A DNA stretch of 63,316 bases, the filler included, from Rhabdomonas costata (taxonomy: Eukaryota), in NCBI GenBank assembly GCA_019059605.1. It is 35 parts of 35 records of this genome, joined end to end, with 100 filler letters (N's around TTAATTAATTAA, not from the genome) between each part and the next. Parts side by side here need not be neighbours in the genome. Positions count along the whole stretch, not along the records: positions 12,691 to 14,403 come from JAHMHO010010213.1; positions 14,504 to 16,216 come from JAHMHO010010214.1; positions 16,317 to 18,029 come from JAHMHO010010215.1; positions 18,130 to 19,842 come from JAHMHO010010216.1; positions 19,943 to 21,654 come from JAHMHO010010217.1; positions 21,755 to 23,466 come from JAHMHO010010218.1; positions 23,567 to 25,278 come from JAHMHO010010219.1; 28 more parts are not named here. One strand, given 5' to 3'. A program made the translations under genes and the position numbers. The notes below the pieces were generated by a model, which saw nothing but the letters and a program-made list of their open reading frames with translations, was not told the origin of the DNA and ran no database searches. Shown piece after piece: positions 12,805 through 25,065 of the stretch (position 1 is its first letter; every line of letters begins with the position of its first letter).

Positions 12805-14212
12805 CTTCTGTGCCAAGCAGGTCGAGAGTGGACTGCAAGATAACACCCTGGCCTTGATCAAGGGTGCAGTCCGGGGTTGGAGTGAGCATGAAGAGAGGTT
12901 CGTAAACCGTGGTCACTTCGGCCTTGCCTGGCACCACAACCCGGCCCAGCTTGCGGAACACCATCCCGGACACACTGTCTTCCGGCGTGTCTTCGCTGGC
13001 GCGGCCGTTGATGTGGGCTTCCCGTGAGGGTGAGCCCTCTCGTACGGCGGGTGAGGAGGGGCTGCTGCAGGCGCCCAGGAAGGTGGCCTCCGACACCAGC
13101 ACCACCGTGCGAAAAATCTGAAGGCGTCGGGGATCCGGATGTGCAGCTTTTCTTATTTCGCCTTGTTTATTAATGTGGTTCGGTTTCAGATGAGGCTCCA
13201 CCGGGGTTGGGAAGCGATGCATGTGTCCCTGGAATGATTTCTGGATGCCGAGGGCCAGGTGTTTTCGGTCTACCACTATTCCCAACCCCCTGAAAAATCT
13301 TCTGTAATACCCACGTCAGCCGTGCATCGCCACTAATCCCCTGAGAAGCCTTATCAAAGCCGTTTTTCTGGCTTGAACCTGCGGAGCCTAATTCGAATAA
13401 TGCGGAAGGGGGGAGGATGTCATTTCCTAATGAAGAGAGGGACATCGACCGAACTGAGAGCCCCCCAACAAAAGAGAATACGTCGATGACGGAGCAGCAA
13501 AAGGAAACCGAAGGGAAATGCTGCTTGTTGAGAGCAAAGGCACAGCCACTGCCCGTACATGAACAATAAGCAGGGAAGAAGACATGCCTTGTTTGCAGCT
13601 TCCAGACGGCTGGCCAGGTTGACACCATCCCCTGTGCAAGCATGACACAGCATATACGTGTTGATGCGAGCGCAGGAGGGTGATGCTTGTCGTCGAGTCG
13701 TCGTCGAGAAGATGAAGAGCATACAGTGCCGCAGTGAAGTCATTCCACTGATGATGCTGAGGAGTTATTCACGGGACGAGTGTATTTTTTTTTGGGAGGG
13801 CGTTAATTACTAAGCACCAGTGAACGTTTGGCACTGCTAAACGTTCTTCGCATTGGTGGGTGTGGTCCCAAACCAAACTACCTGAGTTATGCTGCCAGAT
13901 GCAAACGCGACAGTTGGATAAAAGCTTGAAATACGTACAACCAGGCAAAAGCTGCCCAAGGAAGCATGTCGCAGCCACTTGGGGAGCCAATATTGAAAAC
14001 ACGTCACAGCCCGGCAATAAAGCGGAGGGTTCGCCAAGGGCTCCTTTGTTTCTAACACACACAAATCTAACAGCTTTCTGGGTGACTGCCCCACCCCAAC
14101 CGAACAAAGAGACGACAAAGCGAATGACATGCCGAGCACAGTGTAGGAGATGCGGTGGTCGCACCCGAAGTTGCCCACCATCACCCGCGCCGTGTTGATG
14201 CCACAGCGGAAG
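12805..14212 (-). CDS. Class III nucleotidyl (adenylate/guanylate) cyclase, three exons (14212-14133, 13631-13588, 13117-12805) with two GC-AG introns
   Basis: Spliced product FRCGINTARVMVGNFGCDHRISYTVLG|DGVNLASRLEAANK|IFRTVVLVSEATF...FRKLGRVVVPGKAEVTTVYE rebuilds the catalytic N-x3-R motif. The frame is kept only with GCATGT donors. Confidence 0.92.
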
Positions 14213-14623
14213 CTTTTTTTTTTGAGAGAGAGAGCACAACACCAAATGAAAAGCAAGCAAAGTAGAAGCAAACTCTGTGAAGCAGCACGAGCAAGACTGC
14301 CCGAGGGGAGAGCACTGCACTTTGGGAAAGTAAATCGAAGAAAACCGAAGGAAAAGGTAAGGAAGGAAGGAAGTCACTCCACTATTGCTGCTAACTAAAA
14401 CAANNNNNNNNNNNNNNNNNNNNNNNNNNNNNNNNNNNNNNNNNNNNTTAATTAATTAANNNNNNNNNNNNNNNNNNNNNNNNNNNNNNNNNNNNNNNNN
14501 NNNGGGGTTGTTGGAGGAGCACCTCTGTAAAAAAATTTGTACGCAGTGAGCCACTCCATCCCAAAGCTTGCCAGCTTAGGACCATAACAGTGAAAAGTAA
14601 ACATTGACCTCATTTAAACAAAC

Positions 14624-16035
14624 CAAGACTTGAGCAGAACAGAGGGTTCAGGTAACCCCAGTAGTAGGACCTTGTAAGCTGGTTGGGCGGGGAAGGGGTG
14701 ACCTGTGTCTTGCACCAATCGTGTGTGAGGACCGGGGACAGAAACCAGCAGCATGTGACGCGTTGCTACAATGTGATGTGCAGGTTTTGCCTTAACTAAA
14801 GAATTCCCCTTTTGCTCTTTGTTTCCGGTGAGACGAAAGAGCAACCACCACAGAAAAAAAGGTAGTGGGAAACCCAGGTGGCAGATGGTGGGCGCCCCAA
14901 TAGGAATGAGAGAGCTCCGCGCTTTGGGGGTGAGAACAACAGCAATAACTGCCACAGGCCCCCAATAACTGACACCCACAGGCCGGGGGCCTGTGAATAA
15001 GCTGCCCCTAGCTGCCGAGACACCGCTTTGCGGAGTGCGACTGCGACTCTCTGCCAGCAGTGTTGTTGGAGTTGACCTGGAAACCTCGTGTCGCAATCGC
15101 TCACGAAGCGCTTCGAGTAAAAAGTAGATAATTCCACCTTGTAGTAATTTGGGTTTGAAGGCTGAAACGTGCATGTCAAGCACACCCACAACTGCAGATA
15201 TCCCCAGAGCCGTGCTTAGCGAATCTATCCCGCTGTTGCCAATGTTGTTGGTGCCGATCAGCACAATCACTTCATCCGGACAGAGGGCAGCCACCTCTTG
15301 GCTATGGACCAGCCTCCATAGCAGCCGCTGGGTCTCCTCCCAGCCGATGCCAAAAGCTGCAGTGCCGTTGCCCGGAAAATACTGCTGCAGCATCTTCGGG
15401 TTCCCTAACCCAAGACGCACGGGCAAGAAGAAGGCAAAATCGGCGGCATCCCCTACCCTGCGAGATGAAGCCGTGACGGACAACCTCAGACTTGTCAAAT
15501 ATATAGTTCACGTGTGCAGACTCTACGCTTGCAGCAGGAGGAACTGAAATCTGCACTTCAGTAGGTGGATGTTTTTGTCCTCAGTCCCCATTTCTGGTGC
15601 ACTTCATTGAACTACTGTTTGAATATTCCTAACTTAATGGGATTTTCTCTTTGCGCTTCACTCAACAGCATCCAGGTCAACACAAAGTCAAGTTTCTACA
15701 AGTTTCCATGTTCTGGCAACCTTAAATTTCAATGCCGGCGTGCTCAAAGCTCCATTTAATCAAAGTCAAACCGTTCAAAGTTCAATGTGAACTGTTCACA
15801 GTTTATTCAACGTTCCGTGAGTAGTGGAAATACAAACTGGATGGTTCAAACCCAAGAAAGCTAAAAAAAACACCTGCGGCTCTCTCACAGGGCTTCCCTT
15901 GGCACTCTCCTCGAAGCCATTCTGTAATGCTGTCGCCAATGAACAGTGTCCGAATACTCGCACCCCGAGCGCGGGCTTCAAGGAAGAAGACCTTTCCGAT
16001 ATCCAACCACCGACCTGTCCAAACCATGTTAGGGC
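14624..16035 (-). CDS. SGNH/GDSL hydrolase (PAF-acetylhydrolase Ib-like), multi-exon fragment
   Basis: Blocks LFIGDSITE, AFGIGWEETQRLLWRL, VIVLIGTNN and KVLLLGL appear in order. A GT-AG intron at 15873-15405 restores the frame. Later exon borders are ambiguous. Confidence 0.85.
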
Positions 16036-17364
16036 CTATGAGCTAAAAGAAATATGCTGGTCAAACTAAGTGTAAACTTAGAAGGCAAATCTGGAAAAAA
16101 AGAAATTCGCATGTGTCGTGGTCTCAAAACGGAAATTGGGTACTATGTTTCCGCGTCCCTGCATGCATCTGCGGCATGTGTTCTCAGCTGACAAAGGGCA
16201 TCCAGCAACACACCCCNNNNNNNNNNNNNNNNNNNNNNNNNNNNNNNNNNNNNNNNNNNNTTAATTAATTAANNNNNNNNNNNNNNNNNNNNNNNNNNNN
16301 NNNNNNNNNNNNNNNNGTGGTGGGTGTGTTTGGTGTGGTTGTGGGCTGGCTATATTTGTGGGCGACATGAAACCTGAGGTTGTCAAAAGCATCAGAAGGG
16401 GAGAGAAAGTGCGTGCGTCTGTATATCTGTCTGTGAAGAGAAACGGGAGTCTTCCCAGCAAAAGTCACACAGGCCAAGTACACAAAGCATATGTGTGTGC
16501 GTCGGAGTTGGGCATCCAGAATGCTTGGATTGGGATGGGACTTCGGAAGGTTTTGCGGGAGGGTGGGGTGCTCCCGTTTCCGGATTCGGGTTCTGATGTC
16601 ACCATGGTGACTTTACCCCTGGAATGCCGGCGTCGTTGTTTGTTTGGCTTTGATTGTTCAAGAAATGAAACCGCTCACCGCCACTACCTCCTTACTTCGC
16701 CGCTTCTTTGGCATGCGCGGAAGTTGGAAGTCGGCACTGGGTTGGGTGGTTTGTGAGGTGCGGCGGGAGGGCGGCGGAGGCGTTGGTGTAGTGTTCAAAA
16801 GACTGCTCTTACCTCCCGTCCCCGTCCCCGCCCCCACCGGTGCACAAATTTTCGGGAAAAAACGTCGAGATTCGTCATCCTTGTTATTTCAGTTGTTTTC
16901 TTTGTGTGAGATCTCTGTCCGGCTATCATTCTCGGAGGCGGCATCGCCCCCCCCCCGTCCTATCCCGTTCCGTTTCCCTCTGTTTCCTCTGTTTGGTTTG
17001 GCAACGGGAAGCCGCCAAGAGAACATACACGCGAACAAACAGACACAACTGTCCCTAAGTCAAAGAAGAAAAGCTCTGGTGTATTTTGCTGGGTTGGTGC
17101 TTGTACCACTTTCTGTCTTCAGGTGCGGGGAACATTGGAACGGGCGGAGGCTCTGGAACTTTTGGGCAGTGCTGTTGATAGGGGTTGGGTTTTTGCGAAA
17201 CCGTTCCACAAAATAAAGGAAGCAACTTATAAACGCCGCAGAACAAACACTACATTTGCAATCGGGAGGGGGGAGGGCTGAAGGTGAGGCCCGCATTGTG
17301 CACAGTGCTATTCCCTCTTGGTTCTCGGCTTTTACTTTCTTTGGCTTCCGCTTCTTCGTCGGAA

Positions 17365-17502
17365 ATGGCCACCCACACCGGCGCCTACACCCGCCGCCGT
17401 CCCTCCCCGCTTCGTATTATTGGGGGTGCCGCTGCTGGGTTCGCCCCGCTTGCCGCCAATCCCGTCTCGGAGACGGACATCTCTGCGTTGCCTCTGCGGA
17501 AG
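17365..17502 (+). CDS. Probable first coding exon, hypothetical protein
   Basis: ATG follows a pyrimidine tract. 46 GC-rich codons (MATHTGAYTRRRPSPLRIIGG...LPLRK) end at AAG|GT. Confidence 0.55.
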
Positions 17503-18759
17503 GTTTTTTAATACTCGTGTGGCCCTTTCGTTGGTGTGCAAGGACCGCGAAAGAAAGATCCACGCCAGTCGGGTATTTTTGAGGATGGCTCTGTATTTTG
17601 AACGTCTTTGGGCCGATGTTTTCTAATCTCAGTTGTAACGTGATTGTGTGCATTATGCCAGAAAGTAGTTGCTAGGTCTTGCCAGTGTTGACTGTGTAAT
17701 TTGCTTCCCTGAAGCACCTTGAGGAAGGGGGGGGGGCACACTATCATATCAACCAGCGGGCACTCCTCTGCCTTACCGAACACTTGGCCTCGCCGTGGGT
17801 GTTGGATTCTGTCTTTTCCAGCCCGACTGCGAACCACCTTTACTCAGTCGCAGATGCCAAGGGGCCTTTGTTCTTCTTTTGTTCTTTGTTGTGCACGGCC
17901 TGGAACCAAGAGTATTTCCAGAAAACGGCAGGTGACTCCTTGGGAAGGTACAAAACATTCACAGCTTTCCTTCCTCGTGCCTCGATTGCAGATACAAACC
18001 CCCACACAGATCACGCTGCCACACCACCCNNNNNNNNNNNNNNNNNNNNNNNNNNNNNNNNNNNNNNNNNNNNTTAATTAATTAANNNNNNNNNNNNNNN
18101 NNNNNNNNNNNNNNNNNNNNNNNNNNNNNGTGTGTGTGTGGGCGGAGCCCACCCGGGGTCGGGCATTTTAATTACAGATCTTGGGATTTGTTGGGTGGTC
18201 TTTCGCACGGTCGGCTTTCCCCTGTTTTATCTTCAAGACTTGGGTTTTTTAGAATAAGAATTTTGCACGCTGTCCACTCCATTCTCTTTATCCATTGGCG
18301 AATGCGCCCGGTAGAATGCTAAGATACGGTGCAATTCACCCGCAAAATTAACCCAGTCAGTTCCCAGAAGATTGGCGCATTAAGTAAAAGCGGACGTGTG
18401 CAAGGGAGATTTGGCAAGGGAATGGGTGGGGAAGGAACCACAACAGCAGAACAGCGTTCCTTTGAGGGATGGTGCCGCAGCCACAGTTTAGGCGGGAGCC
18501 AAGTTTTGTCACGGGAGCTTTCCTTCCTTTTTTCACCTATACTGTGTATAATCCGGGTTTGTGTGCGTCATATTTGGAGGATAGTAGAGTTTTCTAACCA
18601 CCTGTCTGATGGGCTCACCTACCGCAAAATTCATTAACCAAATGAAATCCATCAAATTTGAAAATAGTTGAACAATATTTTTTGCTCTGGTGTGCACTGA
18701 ACAATGAATTCAAAGGTTAGAAAAATAATTAAATAAATTATTAAGGAATAAAAGCTGGA

Positions 18760-19300
18760 AGTTTGAAGAGAGCTAGAAGGAGAATTAGGTAAGATAAAAA
18801 ATCATTATAATATTAAAAAGTTTCCAAAAAACCCGCGGGACTGCGGAGGGCTCGGTTTGTTAGCAGGATTAAAATTTTTTCTTTAAAAAATGACAAACTC
18901 TAAAAAAGGGCTTAAAGTGGACAAAATGGACATACTACCACCATAGTTTCCGATCCAACACTGATTGGCAGTGGGTAGAATATTTGGTAAAAAAAAATGC
19001 CCTAAAATAGGGCAAAACCAATCAAAATTGGTCATAAATGGGCCAAAATGAAACAAAAAACCGATCCCAAAATGTGGGCCAGGCGCCCCTGTTGGCGGAA
19101 ATGGAGTATTTTCAAAACGCTTTGTGCTAGCGAATCATAATATGAGTTGAACAGGATTATTGTCCATTTTTATAGTGATAGCCACATTTTAAATCTAGTT
19201 TTGTCTTGGTTTGTTAGCAGACCGCTCTTTATACCTGTGATTTAAAAACTTTTTCTCTTTTTAGTTTGGAATAGTGCAGCAAAAAACCAATTTAGAGTAA
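18760..19300 (+). mobile_element. Degenerate LINE-like remnant interrupted by an AT-rich insertion with a candidate target-site duplication
   Basis: RELEGELGKIKNHYNIKKFPKNPRDCGGLGLL resembles the post-RT P-x3-GGLG motif. GGTTTGTTAGCAG is repeated at 18854-18866 and 19208-19220. Confidence 0.35.
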
Positions 19301-22103
19301 GGAAAGCGAGAGAGATAGCAGTTTGAAATCAAGCGCAAAAGAAACAAAAGCATAAATCACAAATACACATAAATTCAAAGACAAAACATGACGTGAATGT
19401 GTGGGTAACAAAAATGGCAATGATTGAGTATTGCTCAAAACGGAATTGGAAAAAAGAAAAAAGCGGGTTGGTGGAGGTAAGTGGGGTGGGGGCCCGATCA
19501 GATGAAAGACTTGGAGGTGGAATCTGAGGCTGTAGGTGGAGGAGATGTTGTGGAAAATTACAACATGAGCGTGATAGGACGGGTTGGAAATGGACGTAGA
19601 ATGCGGCATTTATGTCGTGCAAATGGTTGTGTGGGACCAGTATTATGGATGGATATTTTTAAAAAAAACAGTCAATTGTGTGAATCGGTATGGAATCGGT
19701 ATGGCATAGCATAGATCAAAAAACACTGTACAAAAACTGTACCGGTCCGCTCCGATGCGCTCCGCGGCTCAAAACATCCCACAAAATCAAACCCTAACTC
19801 TACCCAACAGTTTATATCATCGCCTAAAATGCCACCAAAAAANNNNNNNNNNNNNNNNNNNNNNNNNNNNNNNNNNNNNNNNNNNNTTAATTAATTAANN
19901 NNNNNNNNNNNNNNNNNNNNNNNNNNNNNNNNNNNNNNNNNNGGGGGTTGGGAGGGGTTCCTGAAGGGAGAGATGAGGCGCTTTGATTTTTTTGGCTCCA
20001 GAAACATACCATAAAGTTTTGCCAGGTCCCATCGATGCGATGCTTTGTTTTTGTAGCAAGATCCTGGTATGGGGGGGGGGTAGTAGGTGGTTGCCAAACT
20101 TTGACTTTGTATCATCTTTTTTATTATCGAAAGATGACAGTAACCCAAAAATGTCCATGGAGTAAAAAAAGTTTACAGTGGTAAAAAGAAAAGACCCTCA
20201 GACCTTCAAATCAGACTTTCGACCTTCGGTGATTCCCGCCACTCTTCCAACCAAAGTGCTACATGGGTATCTCCTCTTACGCCACTCTGTTTCAAGTCAC
20301 AGCGAGCGGCCCAAGACATCCCGGGAAAACTGCAAGGAAATAATATTACTTTTGCAATCCCTGGGAATGCGTGCATCGACTCCTTGCCTCAGTAGTCAGT
20401 AGTTGATTTACTGGGTTGCATTGACCTCCACCACTCTTTCCTTCAGATTCCTCCGCCGCCAGCCAAAGGAACGGCGCTGTACACCCGGCGAAGCCTGAAG
20501 CAAGAGCTGAACATTATTCCTGATCTCAGCGGATCGGGCGTGTAGGCTGAGTCGATGGTTACAGTGTGGATATACAGCGTGACTGTTTGCCATTTTTGTT
20601 CTGCACATGGTTTTTTTAGCAGCGCAATTTGGTTTCTTTTTGCATGCTGTCTAACATTGAAACGAGAGCCGAGAGCTCAAACCTCTCGAAGGTGCCGAGG
20701 ACCACGGCCCCGCCCTCTCGGCCTGTTCAGCTTTAGCTTCACCCTCAGATTTTTGTTTGCTTGAGCTTGAGATTAAGTTTTTGAAAATTGTCGTAGCTTT
20801 TGTTGGGTCGAAGTCCCAGTTGTGCTGTGCTCATTATTTTGGATGTGAATCAATGAACGTCAGCACACTGTGTCCCCCTCTTCTTCATTTTCCATCTATT
20901 TTCAACAGTTCAGCTCCGTTTCATTCATTTTTCCTGTCTTTTTTTATTACTATTTTTATTTCTTCGGAAGCGCGCTTGGGAAATTGACCCACGGAACGGG
21001 AGACTCAGGGAAGGGTGACGGATGGCGTTGGTAGCGGAGAGCCCCGCTTCCAGCCTCGGATCACAAAATGAAGAGAACAGCCAGGGTTCTTTGCGACAGT
21101 CGGGAGATTATGCAGCGGCACTTGTGGTGTGAACACACGTGTTTCGCAGCTTCTTCTCCGGAGCACTTGTGTTGTGGAGTGTCTTCCTGGTTCCGTGGTT
21201 TGCCACGCGCAGTTTGTACATTCCTGTGATCGCATCTGCCTTTCTGTTCCCGAACTGAACGTTGCTGTGAAAACGGATGGCAAGCGGTGCGAGGTCCTTT
21301 GTTCTGTGGTTTTTTTGGTGCACAATTTGCGCAAAATCGAAATTTGAGTCCATTTTTCAAAATTGAAATTTTGAATCCCAGGTTGCGAGCGAACGCTGCG
21401 TAGCATGAGCTCCGCATTGGGGCTGCCATAATGAATAATCATCGTACCTGACCATTTCGAGTTTCCTGACCTCCTGTGGATGGGTGGAAGTTTTTGCCGT
21501 TTTTTTCCGGGTTGCAGGACGCGGTGTGATTGATCCTGTTTGAATATTTAGGTTGAGCAACAGACTCAGGTGAAAGCCGTCGTGAACGCCGCTATCCCGG
21601 CAGTCACCGAGATAAGCTCACTTCAGAATGCTCAAGAGTGCCATTTGCAGGCCGNNNNNNNNNNNNNNNNNNNNNNNNNNNNNNNNNNNNNNNNNNNNTT
21701 AATTAATTAANNNNNNNNNNNNNNNNNNNNNNNNNNNNNNNNNNNNNNNNNNNNTTGTGGTGATTTCAGGCATGTGGAACAGAATGCTCACACTGCGGCG
21801 CTTACCATGTTTATATGTTTACGATGTATGTGTGAGCGCGCGGAGAAGTTCTGGCCATCGGCGATCGGCCGACGAGATGGGCGCCTCTCGATGTCTCAGT
21901 GCGGTCATCAAGGAGACGCACATCCTCCCTGAGGCTTCTTCTTTTCTGCCCTGGCGTCCCGTTTATGAGTCTTACTTACGCCAGAATATTCTGACATCAC
22001 TTCAACATTTCTGACATTTCCGGTGTTCCTAAGTTAGTTGGGGTGGCAAACAAGCTGGGCGTGGAAGCGCGAGAAATACCTGATGCCCATTGAGGGTCCC
22101 AAC

Positions 22104-22283
22104 CTGGCGAAGACGGGTCACAGTTCGAGCCACTGGGCACCCATCTCCGCTCTGCAGGCTCCCACTGCACCAGCACCATCTCCTCGGGACCCACTACATC
22201 CCCCCGCACAAGCGGCGGAGGAGCCCCGGCCAGAGCACCAACGAAGGCGTGCGCAAGATCAACGGTGAGCACGGCCCGAACCT
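22104..22283 (-). CDS. Internal exon, hypothetical protein
   Basis: CAG|...|GT-bounded 180-nt GC-rich segment reading VRAVLTVDLAHAFVGALAG...EEMVLVQWEPAERRWVP. Confidence 0.5.
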
Positions 22284-24880
22284 CTGAGAGCGTACTTCGT
22301 GGCGGCTGCGTGCGCAGTAGTGGCAAAACCGTTGCAGCCACCGGGTTCCAATTAAAACTTACACCACTTTTTCCTTTTTTCCTTCATTGCGGTTCAGTTG
22401 AAGCAACCGGGGGGGGGGGCTGCAAAGACTGCCGCGTTGCCCTGGCTGTGCTCAGAAAGGAGAGAGGGTAATGCCAGCCGCCAGATGTTTGTCATCATTT
22501 CATTCTGCGCTGTCGATATGAAATGTCGCTTACCTTGAAATGAAAAGGTTATGCGCTTTGAGAGCGACTCGACAGCAGATAGAATTGGGAGGTGTAGACC
22601 TCAACTACTGTGCCGCGGTCCGTCCTCGACGACCAAAAAGAACTCAAAGCAGCCACGCTCAGCGGCACAGTAATAGGAGCCAGGCAGCGTCTCGTTGCTG
22701 GGATGAATCTGAAATTGGGGGCAAGAAAAAAGGAGTCAGCAACTGAGGCCCTTTCTTTCTGAGTTTGGAGTTTCAGGAGCATCTTTCGTGTTCCTCTGTT
22801 TGCACACGCTGGACACGGGCTATTTTAAAAAAGACGTCCTCTCACTGGGGACAAGCCACTCATCGGGGCAGGCTACAAACATCCCATCGCTTTTCTCTCC
22901 AATTGGGAAAGGGAGCATACCGGCGCCAAGTTCCAAGCTGGGTTGGTGATGGTTGTCAGCCGCACTTCGGACGAGACCGTGGGAAAATGCTGCGCGAACC
23001 AAATCAGGACAGGAGTGGACATAAAAAAAGAAAGATCTGCGTTCACACCAAGCTGGCCCTCTAAATTAGCAAACCAGAGCGGTCAACAGCTGCGGTTTAG
23101 CAGGGTCTTGGATAGTTCCTGAAAAGGCTGCGTGACTGAGCCGACCCACCCTTCTGACCTGAATACCATTGCTGGTCAAGCGCTCTGTAGCAGCTAAGAG
23201 CTGATGCTAAAAGTGGCTGCGAAGGGGCAATGCGTTCAGACTGAGGGGACGAATTTTTCTCTGGCTCGCCTCCCAGGACAGATTCATTTCGAGAGGGGAG
23301 CGGTGACTTCACAGAGAGTCTAGCAAACAAGTTCTGAGAATGCGAGCCGTAGCCCAAATGAACCTAAGGACTGAACCGCTCGAATATCTGCAACTGACCA
23401 CACACACAGCCCACCGGACGCGCTTGCGCTGGCCTGGGACCGAGGGTTTCTGGGGACGTACACCCCNNNNNNNNNNNNNNNNNNNNNNNNNNNNNNNNNN
23501 NNNNNNNNNNTTAATTAATTAANNNNNNNNNNNNNNNNNNNNNNNNNNNNNNNNNNNNNNNNNNNNCAAGGGAGGGAGTTCTTCTTCGCTCGTTATTCTT
23601 CAAAAAACTCAATTCTTTTCCCTGAAATTCATTCTGTGGTTGTTTGTGCAATACTCTCAGGTACTCTCCAGAATACTCTCTCCAGGATACTCTCCGAGAT
23701 GGCTTGAAATAATAAAGCAAGGCGTCCAGACCTACGACACACTCACCCACCCACACCTTCCGTTCTCCCTACCAACCACCAACCCACTCAAGCCCGCACC
23801 CACGAATACCTCGGCAGACATGAATGTGCCGGCAGGCCATTCCGTAGGAGCAAACCTTCCGCTGGTGCAGCCGACATATCTAAGGAGACGCAACACTGAC
23901 AGCAAAGACGTACGTTGGGGGAGGGGGAGCTCTGGGCGACGAAAATTCTAACCGCAATGGCAAAAAGACCTTAGAACTCCTAAATCTGGACGCAAGTCTT
24001 CCAAGTGCAAGAGGCCGCCGTAAGGTCGATTTCCTTCACTCCGTGCCGGTCCTTTTTCACCTCTGTTTCCTTATTTCCGGTCGTTTTCCTCGAGAAAGAA
24101 TTCTCAGTGAAACTAAGAAAAGGAAAAGCACAAGGGGTGCGCGACAAAACTGTCAGAAAGAGCAGGGGAATTCTCTTTTGTGAGAATCGCTTTTCCTTAG
24201 ATTTCGCCGTCCAAACCTGAGAGCGGTTGAACACGGGCGTTGTGCCCGGAGCTGTCCTGGCAAGCGCCTTTTGAAGGCAGGCGGTCCACGCAAAGGTGCT
24301 GAAGGGGAAGTCGATCTGCGTGGGGTGGTGGCGGCCACATGTGTGCTCGACTGTACATTCCCCATACCTCCAATAACACTGCCTTTATGGTAGGCTTTCA
24401 TCGCCCCGATCTCAAAGCGCCGAACACGCACCTATATGCACAAGCTAAACTGGCAGAATTCTCTGGCACTGGTCCCATGGGCCCCATTTCGCAACTCAAA
24501 AATCGGTGAACAGGGCGAAGATGAGACAAGATTAGAGCAGAAGGAAGTGGGTGGGCGCAGGTCCGGAGACCAACAGACGACGGTGGATGGATGCTGCTGT
24601 AAGACCTACACACAAAAAATTCAAACACATATTATAGCACGTTACACAGTAAACTCAGAACATGTGCTTTTAATCCTCGGTAACAAGAAAACACCTAAAA
24701 ACATATCGTATGCACAGATACCAGCCTATGTGCATTTTCCATTTTTTAGCGTTCCCAGGACTTCGCTTGGAAACTCGTAAGATACTAAATTCTGAGTGTC
24801 AGGAAGTGACTTGCTTTACTGAATTGAGCCCTTCACGATCATAGGGTTGCTTCGTGCCTCACTCGTAGCATGCACCGCAC

Positions 24881-25065
24881 CGTTAGGCCGGCCGGCAGGG
24901 CCATCGCGACCTTGCTCACAGAGGGAGCCAGTTTGGCCATGGGGCAGTCTGCGCTGTTGGAGTGCACGTCGCCGTGTTGCAGGCAGCACGTGCCCATGCT
25001 GCGGCACACCCGCCGCACCATCTCGACCACCGCGGGCTGCACGTGCACCTGCTGGCACTGCGCAC
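24881..25065 (-). CDS. Internal exon, hypothetical protein; smaller candidate exons follow at about 24430-24220
   Basis: AG/GT-bounded and GC3-rich, reading AQCQQVHVQPAVVEMVRRVCRSMG...ALPAGLT. Confidence 0.5.

Noticed and set aside
14624-15186. Non-canonical intron flanked by CAGC repeats in the SGNH gene
   Set aside because: Alternative GT-AG exon arrangements explain the frame equally well.
24790-24800. TTCTGAGTGTC match to the Euglena spliced-leader core
   Set aside because: Only 11 nt; not followed by the T-run, CG and GT donor expected of an SL RNA gene.
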